NCBI GenBank assembly: GCA_963704885.1
Contig: CAVPIB010000001.1
Coordinates: 320,001 to 384,000, forward strand
Origin: an uncultured Actinomycetes bacterium
GTDB lineage: Bacteria; Actinomycetota; UBA4738; HRBIN12
Direction: 5' to 3'
DNA: 64,000 nucleotides
Shown here in pieces: positions 38,833 to 48,087 of the stretch (within the stretch, counting starts at the first letter, position 1; each line of letters starts with the position of its first letter). The notes below the pieces were generated by a model. That model ran no database searches. It worked only from the letters and a program-made list of their open reading frames with translations, and was not told the DNA's origin. The position numbers and the translations under genes are program-made.

Positions 38833-40155
38833 ATGCGTCGAACCTCCCTCCTGCTCGCCCTCCTCGCCGCGCTCGCGCTCTGGCCGAACGCGGCAGGTGC
38901 GGCCCCAACCTCTTCCGTCGAGGTCATCAAGGTCGAGGGCGCCATCGACCGGCCGCTCTTGGGCTACCTCACAGACCGGTTGGAAACGGCCGAACGCGAA
39001 GGAGCGACGGTGGTCCTGCAGTTGGACACCGCCGGCACGATCGATGAGGACGGCGTGGCGCTCGCCCAGATGGTGGCCGACCTCAGGGTTCCCGTCATCG
39101 CGTGGGTGGGTCCGGTTCCGGCCAGGGCCAGCGGCGCCGGGCTCCTGCTCATGTACGCGTCGTCGCTCGCCGCCGTCTCGCCCGGCAGCCAGACCGGTCC
39201 TCTGGATCCGATCGACCTCGCCCATCCCGACTCACGTCCGACCGGTCTGGACCAGACGATCGCCGGATGGATCGAAGCCAAGGGCAAGGCGACCGACCTT
39301 AACTGGAACGATCGTCCGCTGACAGCCGCCGAGGCGCGGCATCGCCAGATCGCCCAGGTCGCCGCGCTTTCCATCCCCGGCTTGCTGAACCGGATCGACG
39401 GGCGGACGGTTCAGACGGCCGACGGTCCCGTCGTGCTTCACACTCGGGTGGCGACGACCGAGCAGGAAGCGCAGGAACGAGGCACCGTCGACATCCGGTT
39501 CGAGAACCTCGGGCCCGTGAGGCGTGTGCTCCACGGCGTGTCCTCGCCGTCGATGATCTACTTCCTTATCGTGCTCGCGCTGGCGGCGCTGGCGTTCGAG
39601 CTGACGCAGCCTGGGTTCGGGTTCGCTGGGTTCGCGGGGCTCGGGATGCTCGCTCTGGGTCTTTACGGGTTGACCGTTGTACCCGTCGGCTGGTTGGGTC
39701 TAGCGCTTCTGGTCGGCGGGATCGGACTGATGGTGCTGGACGTGCGCGCGCGGAAGCTGGGGCCTCTGTCCGTGATCGGGCTGGCGGCGTTCGCCGCCGG
39801 CTCGGTGCTCGCCTGGGGAGGCGTAGCCCCGGCCATCCAGATCTCGCCTTGGCTGATCGCAGGGGCAGTGGTCGCGAGCATCCTCTACTACGGATTCGGC
39901 CTAACCGTGGCGATCCAATCGCGGGACCGGATCGTGAACGCGCAGCGCGGGCTGATCGGCATGATCGGTGAGGCCCGTGGCCGTCTGGCTCCCGACGGCC
40001 CGGTGTACGTGAAGGGCGCCATGTGGCGCGGTCGCTCAACCGGCGATGAGATCGCGTCTGGTTCAGCGGTCCGTGTGCGAGGGGTGGACGGCCTGGTCCT
40101 TCGGGTCGAGGTGGAGACCGGAACCGAGGCCGGGAGCGACCTGGTTCCGGAGTGA
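38833..40155 (+). CDS. NfeD family membrane protein (long form)
   Basis: Signal peptide, ClpP-like domain (LQLDTAG, PVIAWVGP), TM bundle (FELTQPGFG) and C-terminal OB domain (VYVKGAMWRG). Confidence 0.85.
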   Translation: MRRTSLLLALLAALALWPNAAGAAPTSSVEVIKVEGAIDRPLLGYLTDRLETAEREGATVVLQLDTAGTIDEDGVALAQMVADLRVPVIAWVGPVPARASGAGLLLMYASSLAAVSPGSQTGPLDPIDLAHPDSRPTGLDQTIAGWIEAKGKATDLNWNDRPLTAAEARHRQIAQVAALSIPGLLNRIDGRTVQTADGPVVLHTRVATTEQEAQERGTVDIRFENLGPVRRVLHGVSSPSMIYFLIVLALAALAFELTQPGFGFAGFAGLGMLALGLYGLTVVPVGWLGLALLVGGIGLMVLDVRARKLGPLSVIGLAAFAAGSVLAWGGVAPAIQISPWLIAGAVVASILYYGFGLTVAIQSRDRIVNAQRGLIGMIGEARGRLAPDGPVYVKGAMWRGRSTGDEIASGSAVRVRGVDGLVLRVEVETGTEAGSDLVPE

Positions 40156-40304
40156 CCGCGAGCCAACACGATCCGAGTTGTGGAGTTCCTGTGGACCCGC
40201 CCGGTCCGGAGTCCTCTCGCCCTTCGGGGAACGAACACCAGGTTAAGCGGCCCACCACGAGTCGCTTTCGATACCTGGGAGGGACGGCCTTCGGCCGGAG
40301 CCAC

Positions 40305-40574
40305 GTGTTCGAGACCAGAGCCGGTAGCTGGCAACTCAGCGCCGCGTGCCGCGGCGAAGACTCCGCCTACTTCTTCGCACCGAGCTATTTCGAGAAACGA
40401 CATGAGAAGGACGCTCGCGAGGCTGTGGCCAAGGCGATCTGCCAGACGTGTCCCGTCCTCGAAGAATGCCGTGAGTTCGCGCTTCGGGCCCGGGAGAGTC
40501 ACGGCATCTGGGGTGGTCTGAACGAGATGGAGCGCCGAGCGTTCCTCCGCGAACATCGCAGCCAGGCCGGCTGA
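40305..40574 (+). CDS. whiB: WhiB family Fe-S transcriptional regulator
   Basis: W...AAC, AKAICQTCPVLEEC and HGIWGGLNEMER; start uncertain (GTG 40305 after GGAG). Confidence 0.92.
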   Translation: MFETRAGSWQLSAACRGEDSAYFFAPSYFEKRHEKDAREAVAKAICQTCPVLEECREFALRARESHGIWGGLNEMERRAFLREHRSQAG

Positions 40575-40614
40575 TCCACGGTGGTCCCGGGTCCCGTTTG
40601 AGAGGATGCGCCAC

Positions 40615-41088
40615 ATGGATGACGTCCAGGTCCTGCAGCGCATCGCCGATCTGGGTTTCGAGCTTCCTCCGGCGCCGCAGGCCCTCGCCGCGTACGTGCC
40701 CATGGTCGTCTCCGGCACCCTGGCGTTCGTCGCGGGTCAGGTCCCGCTCGTCGATGGACAGGTCCTGCACCCTGGGCTGCTCGGCGATGGGGTCTCGGTT
40801 GAACAGGGCTACGAAGGAAGCCGCCGCGCCGCTCTCCAGGCGCTTTCGGCCCTCAGGGCGGAGCTCGGGTCGTTCGACCGGCTCCGACGCGTCGTCCAGG
40901 TGACCGTGTACGTCGCCTCGACCCCGGACTTCAGCGAACACCCCCAAGTGGCGAACGGAGCCAGCGAGCTTCTGGTGGCCGTGCTGGGCGAGGAAGGCAA
41001 GCACGCCCGGGCCGCCATCGGCATGTCGTCGCTTCCGCTCGGAGGGAGCGTCGAGGTCGTGGTCACCGCGGAGGTCGCGCCGAGCTAG
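40615..41088 (+). CDS. RidA/YjgF family protein
   Basis: AAYVP, FVAGQVP, VANGASELL and HARAAIG..SLPLGGSVEV. Confidence 0.92.
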   Translation: MDDVQVLQRIADLGFELPPAPQALAAYVPMVVSGTLAFVAGQVPLVDGQVLHPGLLGDGVSVEQGYEGSRRAALQALSALRAELGSFDRLRRVVQVTVYVASTPDFSEHPQVANGASELLVAVLGEEGKHARAAIGMSSLPLGGSVEVVVTAEVAPS

Positions 41089-42953
41089 GTCTCGCCGTGC
41101 GATGGTTCGCGCGCGAATCGCACGTCACCTTCACGCCGGGTCACCCCGCCGCGGTCGAACCACTCCATGAGTGGGACGGCGTACTTCCTCGTCGTCCCCA
41201 GCGCTTCCCTAAGAGCGCTGACCGTCATGCCTGCCCCGCCCGCCGCTCGGATCGTCGTCTCCGCCAGCGTCACGAACTCACGGGTCACGATCAGGTCGGA
41301 GTTGAGCCGAACGACGAGACCTCCTCGCGCCGCCGCGTCGATCACGTCTCGCGCGATCCCTTGGGCTATCAGCTCTTGGACGGTCGGTGGTGTCGCCGCC
41401 CTCTCCCCTCCGATCGCGGCGAGCAGACGTTCGATGTCGTCCGAGCGATCGCCCAGGGCGACGCGATGGGTGGCCAGACGGATCGTGGTCCCATCTCGGG
41501 CCATCGTGCCGCGATCGCAGAGGTCCTCGATCAACGCGTCGGCAAGGTCTGTGTCCGGCGGTGCACCTGCCGATCGGAGGATCTGTAGCGTGGCCTTCCT
41601 GATCTGGGCGAGCTCGGCACCGGGCTCGAGTGGATGCTCCGAGTGGTGATGCGCGAGCGCGCTCGCGACGGCCGCCTCAGCTCCGTCCCGCACTTCTTGC
41701 GTCATGAACCACCCGCCGATCCGCACGCCGCCTTCGACCTTGGAGCCGGTCAGGATCTCGGCCTCCGGTACCGGGACCGCGCCGCGTTCGGCCACGAGCA
41801 GGGCCGGTAGTCCGTCGCGTTCGACTCCTCGTCGCGACGTCAAACGTCCGATCGGATCGATCCCAGTCTTCCGAGGAGGCGCGATATCAAGAACCGTGCC
41901 GCCGGCCACCGTCTCGCGGCGGCCGGCCTCTCGCAGGACGAATCGATCTCCGACATCCAGGACCAGCGGGAGCTGCGTCCGTATCCGGACGAATGCCCGG
42001 TCGCCGGCCACGAGCGACGTCGTGCCGGACAACCGGACGCGGGCGTCGGTTTCGGCGGTCCCTGCATAGAGCTTGAACGCACCCCTCGCGGTGATCGGAT
42101 GCGGTAGCTGTCGGACCGGTCGGAGTTCGGCTTCGAAGACGCTCGTGGGACGCCACGCACCAGGCGGCCCGAGCACGGTCCCCCGCGATAGCTCCCCACG
42201 CTCGACGCCCACCAGGTTCGCCGCCACCCGGGAGACGGGACAGGCCTGCTCAACGGCGCGCTCGTGCGTCTGCAGTGAGCGGATCCGCGCCCTCGCTCCG
42301 CTGGGGTATGTCTCGACCTCGTCGCCGACGCTCAGGCATCCTCCGCCGAGTGTGCCGGTCACCACGGTCCCGGCGCCCTTGATCGTGAACACCCGGTCCA
42401 CGAAGAGCCGGGCGCGGCCCTCGTCCGGATCGCCTGCGGCGTCGAGCATCGCCTCCAGCGCGACGGACAGCTCCTCGAAACCTTCCCCCGTGGAGGACGA
42501 AACGGCGACGATGGGGGCGTTCTCCAGACCGGTTCCCGATACTCGCTCGCGTACTTCTGCCTCGGCCAGCGCGAGTAGGTCGTCGTCGACCAGATCCCGT
42601 TTCGTGAGCGCGACCACGCCGCCGCGGACTCCCAACACGTCCAGGATCTGCAGGTGCTCTTCGGACTGCGGCTTCCATCCCTCGTCCGCCGCGACCACGA
42701 AGAGGACGAGTCGAACCGGTCCCACGCCGGCGAGCATGTTGCCGATGAATCTCTCGTGTCCCGGCACGTCGACGAACCCGATCTCGCGACCGGAAGCGAG
42801 CGTGGTCCACGCGTATCCCAGGTCGATGGTGAGACCGCGTCTCTTCTCTTCCGCCCATCGGTCGGGATCGATCCCCGTGAGTCGGAGGATCAGCGAGGAC
42901 TTGCCGTGGTCCACGTGCCCGGCGGTCGCGACGACCTTGAGCTCGCCGGGCAT
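41085..42953 (-). CDS. selB: Selenocysteine-specific elongation factor
   Basis: TAGHVDHGKS, EEKRRGLTIDLG, DVPGHERF and C-terminal winged helix TRKYAVPLMEWFD. Confidence 0.95.
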   Translation of the reverse strand: MPGELKVVATAGHVDHGKSSLILRLTGIDPDRWAEEKRRGLTIDLGYAWTTLASGREIGFVDVPGHERFIGNMLAGVGPVRLVLFVVAADEGWKPQSEEHLQILDVLGVRGGVVALTKRDLVDDDLLALAEAEVRERVSGTGLENAPIVAVSSSTGEGFEELSVALEAMLDAAGDPDEGRARLFVDRVFTIKGAGTVVTGTLGGGCLSVGDEVETYPSGARARIRSLQTHERAVEQACPVSRVAANLVGVERGELSRGTVLGPPGAWRPTSVFEAELRPVRQLPHPITARGAFKLYAGTAETDARVRLSGTTSLVAGDRAFVRIRTQLPLVLDVGDRFVLREAGRRETVAGGTVLDIAPPRKTGIDPIGRLTSRRGVERDGLPALLVAERGAVPVPEAEILTGSKVEGGVRIGGWFMTQEVRDGAEAAVASALAHHHSEHPLEPGAELAQIRKATLQILRSAGAPPDTDLADALIEDLCDRGTMARDGTTIRLATHRVALGDRSDDIERLLAAIGGERAATPPTVQELIAQGIARDVIDAAARGGLVVRLNSDLIVTREFVTLAETTIRAAGGAGMTVSALREALGTTRKYAVPLMEWFDRGGVTRREGDVRFAREPSHGET

Positions 42954-42962
42954 GGGGAGTTG

Positions 42963-44342
42963 CTAGCCTTCGTCGACGTCGTCGCCCTCTAGGGCGTACT
43001 GGATCGCGCGGGCCAGATGAGGGAGCTCGTCTGGAAGCACCGTCCGCACGTCGAAGATCACCGCGTCGGGTTCGGTTCTACAGAACACCGACGGGCTACC
43101 GGCGCGCAGACGCGCGGCGAACCCCGAGGGATCCGGCGTCTTCACCGCCACGCCCCAGGAGGCCATCGTCGTGCCGGGCATGGAACCTCCGCCCACCACC
43201 GAGTCGCATCTGCGAACGTGCGCCCCCTCCAGATCTCCGTCGAGAGACTCGGCCAGCCGGTGCGCGCGCTTCGCGAGCTGGTCGAGCGGTTCGCGCAACA
43301 TCCGATGGACCGGGATCTCGTTGGCATGGCCGGTGTTGTGCATGGTCAGGACCGCCTCGAGCGCGGCGATCTGCATCTTGTCCGCGCGGACCGCGCGCGC
43401 GACCGGATGCGTCCTTAGACGCATAACCAGGTCGGCTCGACCGACGATGATGCCGGCCTGCGGGCCCCCCAGAAGCTTGTCGCCCGAGAACATGACCAAG
43501 TCGGCGCCGTCGGCGAGCGCCTCGACCACGGTGGGCTCGTCGGCCGGCATCCCGTGGCCTCGGTCCAACAGACCTGATCCCACATCGTGCAGGAATGGGA
43601 TGTCGTGCTTGACCGCCAGTGAGGCCAGATCGGATGCCGCCGGGGTGGCGGTGAACCCGACCACGCGGTAGTTGCTGGGGTGGACCCTCAAGATGGCGCC
43701 CGTTCGGTCGCCCATGGCCGCTCGATAATCGCCGATGCGGGTGCGGTTGGTGGTGCCGACCTCCACGAGCTTAGCTCCCGACGCCGAGATGGTGTCGGGG
43801 ATCCGGAACTCACCGCCGATCTCGATCAGCTCGCCGCGAGACACCAGCACCTCCTTGCGCCGGGCGAGCGCGGCGAGCGCAAGCATGAGCGCGGCGGCGC
43901 AGTTGTTGACGACGAGGGCATCCTCGGCGCCGGTGAGCGCCAGGATCAGCGCTTCTGCGCGGGTCGACCGCTTCCCTCGCTTGCCGGTCTCGCGGTCGAC
44001 CTCGAGATCCGTGTAGTGGGAGGCGGCGCGCGCGACAGCGCGCGCCGCGCTACCGGGCAGCGGCGCCCGCCCCAGGTTCGTGTGGAGGACGACGCCCGTC
44101 GCGTTGATCACCGGAGTCAGGCCTGTCGCCATCTGCGAGGCGATGGCAGCGGCGCGCGCCATGAGCTCGTCGTCAGGCGGGGGATCGACGCCCGCGATGG
44201 CTGCCGACCGGATCTCGTTGAGGGTAAGACCGATGGTTCGCTTCAGTAGCGGTCGCCCCAGGCTGGCGGAGGCGCGACGTCCAGGCTCGGAGCGCAGCAG
44301 GGCATCGACCGAGGGAAGCTTGCGACGCGCGTCGGAGACCAT
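42963..44342 (-). CDS. selA: L-seryl-tRNA(Sec) selenium transferase
   Basis: VINATGVVLHTNLGRAPL, SRGELIEIGGEFRIP, EVGTTNRT and FSGDKLLGGPQAG (PLP Lys). Confidence 0.96.
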   Translation of the reverse strand: MVSDARRKLPSVDALLRSEPGRRASASLGRPLLKRTIGLTLNEIRSAAIAGVDPPPDDELMARAAAIASQMATGLTPVINATGVVLHTNLGRAPLPGSAARAVARAASHYTDLEVDRETGKRGKRSTRAEALILALTGAEDALVVNNCAAALMLALAALARRKEVLVSRGELIEIGGEFRIPDTISASGAKLVEVGTTNRTRIGDYRAAMGDRTGAILRVHPSNYRVVGFTATPAASDLASLAVKHDIPFLHDVGSGLLDRGHGMPADEPTVVEALADGADLVMFSGDKLLGGPQAGIIVGRADLVMRLRTHPVARAVRADKMQIAALEAVLTMHNTGHANEIPVHRMLREPLDQLAKRAHRLAESLDGDLEGAHVRRCDSVVGGGSMPGTTMASWGVAVKTPDPSGFAARLRAGSPSVFCRTEPDAVIFDVRTVLPDELPHLARAIQYALEGDDVDEG

Positions 44343-44439
44343 CGCTCGAGTCTAGGCTCCCCGTGACCGCGCCGGCCTGGTCCGACCCGGCCGGGCCGGG
44401 GTTCCGGGCGGTTCGAGGGTTCGCGTAGGATATCCGCCG

Positions 44440-45627
44440 ATGGTCGACACCGAGCGCCCGGCGTTCCAAAGTGCGCAGGTCACGTCCTTGATCCGCGGCG
44501 GCGGGCTGGACGTGGAGATCTCCACCGGTACGTTCCAGACCGAGGAGATGATCCTCAACATCGGCCCGCAGCACCCTTCGACACACGGCGTGCTCCGGGT
44601 CGTTCTGGAGCTCGACGGTGAGGTGATCGTCCGCGCCGAGCCGGTGATCGGCTACATGCACCGCGCCGCCGAGAAGCTGGCCGAATACCGCGACGCGCGC
44701 CAGGTCCTGGTGCTGATGAACCGTCACGACTGGATCAGCGCGTTCAACAACGAGCTCGGGTGGACGATCGCGGTGGAGCGCCTGGCCGGGATCGAGGTAC
44801 CGGAGCGCGCGCAGTGGATCCGGACGATGTTCGCCGAATGGAACCGGATCCTCAGCCACCTGATGTTCAGCGGGTCCTTCCCGTTGGAGCTGGGTGCTAT
44901 GACGCCGATCTTCTTCGCGTTCCGCGAGCGCGAGATGATCCAGGACCTGATGGAGTCCGCCACCGGCGCGCGGATGCACCACTCCTACTGCCGGGTGGGT
45001 GGTCTGAAGGACGATCTGCCTCGCGGCTTCCTGAAGCGCTCGGCCGAGGTGTTGGCAGTGACCCGGCAGCGGATCAAGGAGTACGAGACCTTGATCATGG
45101 GGAACGAGATCATCTTCGCGCGTACCCGCAACGTCGGCATCCTTCCGGCGGAGACCGCGATCGCCTACGGCTGCTCCGGGCCGGTGCTCCACGCGAGCGG
45201 CGTGCCTATGGATCCGCGCAAGGACGAGCCCTACGAGAAGTACGCCGAGGTCGAGTTCAACGTGCCTGTCGCGCAGAACGGGGATTGCTACGACCGGCTA
45301 TGGGTGCTGGTCGAGCGGATGAAGGAATCGTGCAACATCATCGAGCAGTGCATGGACAAGTTGCCCGCGGGCGAGTTCCGCGCGGCCAAGCTCCCGAAGA
45401 CCCTCAAGATGGACGGCGAGGTATACGTCCGCACCGAGAACCCACTCGGGCTCATGGGCTACTACCTGGTTGGCAACGGGAAGAAGGAGCCTTACCGCCT
45501 CAAGATGCGGACGGCGTCCTTCTCGAACGTGAGCGTGATCCCAGCCATGCTGCCGGGGACGCTGCTGCCCGACCTGATCGCGATCCTAGGCTCTATCTTC
45601 TTCGTGGTCGGCGACGTCGACCGCTGA
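44440..45627 (+). CDS. nuoD: NADH-quinone oxidoreductase subunit D, stand-alone
   Basis: LNIGPQHPSTHGVLR, IGYMHR..EK, GARMH and C-terminal VGDVDR; no NiFe CxxC ligands. Confidence 0.93.
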   Translation: MVDTERPAFQSAQVTSLIRGGGLDVEISTGTFQTEEMILNIGPQHPSTHGVLRVVLELDGEVIVRAEPVIGYMHRAAEKLAEYRDARQVLVLMNRHDWISAFNNELGWTIAVERLAGIEVPERAQWIRTMFAEWNRILSHLMFSGSFPLELGAMTPIFFAFREREMIQDLMESATGARMHHSYCRVGGLKDDLPRGFLKRSAEVLAVTRQRIKEYETLIMGNEIIFARTRNVGILPAETAIAYGCSGPVLHASGVPMDPRKDEPYEKYAEVEFNVPVAQNGDCYDRLWVLVERMKESCNIIEQCMDKLPAGEFRAAKLPKTLKMDGEVYVRTENPLGLMGYYLVGNGKKEPYRLKMRTASFSNVSVIPAMLPGTLLPDLIAILGSIFFVVGDVDR

Positions 45628-45646
45628 ACAGCGTCCGGCGACCGGG

Positions 45647-46960
45647 TTACTTCTGGCGAGCGAACCACACCCCGCCAGGGCCGGCGTAGCTGGCACCTTC
45701 GGCCCACACGGCGACGGTCTTGCCGGTGCTGGTTACCGCGATCTCGCCGTAGTCGCCGTAGATCTCAAGGAAGCCTTTCGGCCGCTTGTACGGCGCGCCA
45801 CCGCGCGCGTTGGAGAGTCGCTGCGCCTCCGACCAGGTTGCGCCGCCGTCGGTCGAACGTGAATACCACACGTTCCACCGACCCGTGCGCGTGTCCGCCC
45901 ACCACACGCGGAAGTCGCCCGGGCCTCCTGATGCCGCCGCTGGTAATAAGCTGTTCGCGCCCGGAGGCGACAGCGGTATCGGGTCGGTCCAGGTCGAGCC
46001 GCTGTCGGTCGACGTCGTCACGAACAGCGTCTGTGGACCGCGCTCCACATCGTTCGCCGCGTAAGCGAAGACCAGGTCGCCGTTCGCGTCCCCGGCGAGG
46101 GTCGGCGTGGGGCCGTAGAAGCCGTCGTAGCAGCCACGAGATGTGCAATCGGGCTGCCGCTGACCCGTCGCCACGCGAACGACCCGCCACGTCTGGCCCC
46201 CGTCATCCGAGATGACGGCGTCGGAATGGATGGGACCGACGGATCGCTGATCGTAATCGCTCTCCGCGAAGGCGATGTGCTGCCCGTCAGCCGACACCCA
46301 TCCGCCACCAGCGAAGAAGTAGCGGTTGCCGAACGTGACCTTCTTGGAGATGAAGGTGGCACCTCCGTCGTGCGACACGCCGACGAAGCTGTCACCGTGG
46401 CTCGGGCCGTTGTAGGCGATGAAGACGTCCTCGCCGGAGGGCGAGACCGCGAGCCACGGCTTGTCGGACCATGCCGTGGACATGCTCACCGGCTTGGACC
46501 AGGTGGCGCCGTGGTCGATCGACTTCGACAGGCTCACTCCGGGGCTGAAGCCGGCGAGCCAGGCGGCGTAGACGGTTCCGTCCGCGTCGGTGGCGATCTG
46601 AGGGTCGTACTGACCGTGGTGGATGGCCTTGCATATGCAGAGGAAGGAATCGGCACCCCAGGTCCGGCCGCCGTCGGAGGACACGCGGAGAACGATCGAG
46701 GGTCTGGGGCAACGGTCGCAGCGCTTAGGCCCGCTGTAGCGGGTCGTCAACTGGTAGACGTACGGGTCCGTTGGGTCGGCGGCGATCGCGGGCTCCCAGT
46801 CGTTCTGGTTGGCCTTCCACACACGCTCCGTGGTCCACCCGGGATGCGGGAACGGACGTGCGGACGCGGACCGAGGCATCTGGTGGGCGACGCCCGCGGT
46901 TCCTGGGGCGGCCAGGGCCATAGCGACCGCGACGATCCCGATCCGGACAACTGCTGTCAT
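45647..46960 (-). CDS. Secreted BNR/Asp-box beta-propeller protein (sialidase-like)
   Basis: Signal peptide and six S.D.G.T[WF] Asp-boxes; C-terminal YGDY motif. Confidence 0.82.
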   Translation of the reverse strand: MTAVVRIGIVAVAMALAAPGTAGVAHQMPRSASARPFPHPGWTTERVWKANQNDWEPAIAADPTDPYVYQLTTRYSGPKRCDRCPRPSIVLRVSSDGGRTWGADSFLCICKAIHHGQYDPQIATDADGTVYAAWLAGFSPGVSLSKSIDHGATWSKPVSMSTAWSDKPWLAVSPSGEDVFIAYNGPSHGDSFVGVSHDGGATFISKKVTFGNRYFFAGGGWVSADGQHIAFAESDYDQRSVGPIHSDAVISDDGGQTWRVVRVATGQRQPDCTSRGCYDGFYGPTPTLAGDANGDLVFAYAANDVERGPQTLFVTTSTDSGSTWTDPIPLSPPGANSLLPAAASGGPGDFRVWWADTRTGRWNVWYSRSTDGGATWSEAQRLSNARGGAPYKRPKGFLEIYGDYGEIAVTSTGKTVAVWAEGASYAGPGGVWFARQK

Positions 46961-47017
46961 CTCGAAGGCTCCTTCGGATGGGCGAGCTCGAAGACTAGGA
47001 GCGTCGGTCGAGCGACG

Positions 47018-48037
47018 TCAAGGCAACCAGCTCGGCCGGGGAAGGCCGGGCGTGGCGAGCACCAACCAGCGCATCCGGCCGAGCGCGATCGGGTCTACGA
47101 GCAGGCTCGCGCGGCTCCTGCCACTCCAGGTGCGCACGGCACCGAGGCCGTTTCGCGCGTCCAGCAGCTCGGCTTGGTGTTCGAGCTCGGTACGGAGCCA
47201 CGACTCGAAGCCGAGCGTGAGCAGCGCGTCGTGCTGGGTGACCGACGGCCAGGCCACCAGGCCGCGGCCCTCGGCCCTGTGAGCCACGAGCGCGAAGTCC
47301 ACTCCGGCCGTGATATCCGAGGATCCCGGATCCTCCAGCACGTCCTCGACGACTCGATGGCCGCGGTATCCATGTAGCTGGCCGCCTGTGGATCCCACCC
47401 CCCCATAGTCGATCAGGAGTGCGTATCCCCTCAGGAGCACATCGGCCAGGCGATCCACGAACGCGAACGCCCCGACCGGCACGAGCGTCTCCACATCGCG
47501 AGGCGCGGGTTCGGCGTCCCACGGAGCCTCCACCTCGACGAGCCGGTCGCCGTCCAGGCCGACGCAGATCTCCCGATCGCCGCGCACCCTGCGGAAGGGA
47601 AGGTTGTCCAACAGCTCCTGCGCCAACACGACATGGGGTCGATCCGAGAGCTCCGTGGTGACGCTGACACCGGTGATCGCCCTCAGAGCCTCGCGTGCGC
47701 CGGGACTCACCTCTGCCGCCGTGTAGTCGACGTCGAGGTCGTGCAGCTCGCGCAGGAGCTGTTCGGCCAAAGTTCCGTCGCCGGCCCCGACCTCAGCGAT
47801 CCTGAACGGTTCGGGTCCTGCGAGCCCTGCGTGGAACGAACGGAGCGCCTTGGCCACCAGGGAACCGAACACCGGATGGATGTGAGGGCTCGTGACGAAG
47901 TCGCCTTCGGTGCCCACGGGCGGCCGCTCGTAGAAGCCGCCAGCTCCGTACAGAGCCAGCTCCATGAACTCCGCGAAAGTGATCGGACCGTGGTCCCTTA
48001 TCGCCGCTCGGATCGCCTCGGTGACCTGGTCGCTCAT
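47018..48037 (-). CDS. SAM-dependent methyltransferase, MidA/NDUFAF7 family
   Basis: GPITFAEFMELALY, GDFVTSP, EVGAGDGTLA, ELLDNLP, LLIDYG and DITAGVDF. Confidence 0.9.
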   Translation of the reverse strand: MSDQVTEAIRAAIRDHGPITFAEFMELALYGAGGFYERPPVGTEGDFVTSPHIHPVFGSLVAKALRSFHAGLAGPEPFRIAEVGAGDGTLAEQLLRELHDLDVDYTAAEVSPGAREALRAITGVSVTTELSDRPHVVLAQELLDNLPFRRVRGDREICVGLDGDRLVEVEAPWDAEPAPRDVETLVPVGAFAFVDRLADVLLRGYALLIDYGGVGSTGGQLHGYRGHRVVEDVLEDPGSSDITAGVDFALVAHRAEGRGLVAWPSVTQHDALLTLGFESWLRTELEHQAELLDARNGLGAVRTWSGRSRASLLVDPIALGRMRWLVLATPGLPRPSWLP

Positions 48038-48087
48038 GCATCAAGTATGCGCCGACCGCTGCGAGTCCGGCCTGGGAGAATCCCCGC

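Noticed and set aside
44343-44439. Possible tRNA-Sec (selC) next to selA
   Set aside because: GC-rich inverted repeats only; no UCA anticodon arm or TTC T-loop cloverleaf could be built. The two long-variable-arm tRNAs have CGA and GGA anticodons
44440-45627. NiFe(Se)-hydrogenase large subunit, suggested by adjacency to selAB
   Set aside because: No N- or C-terminal CxxC/UxxC ligands; it has the NuoD GPQHPSTHG motif and ends in GDVDR, so the TGA is a true stop
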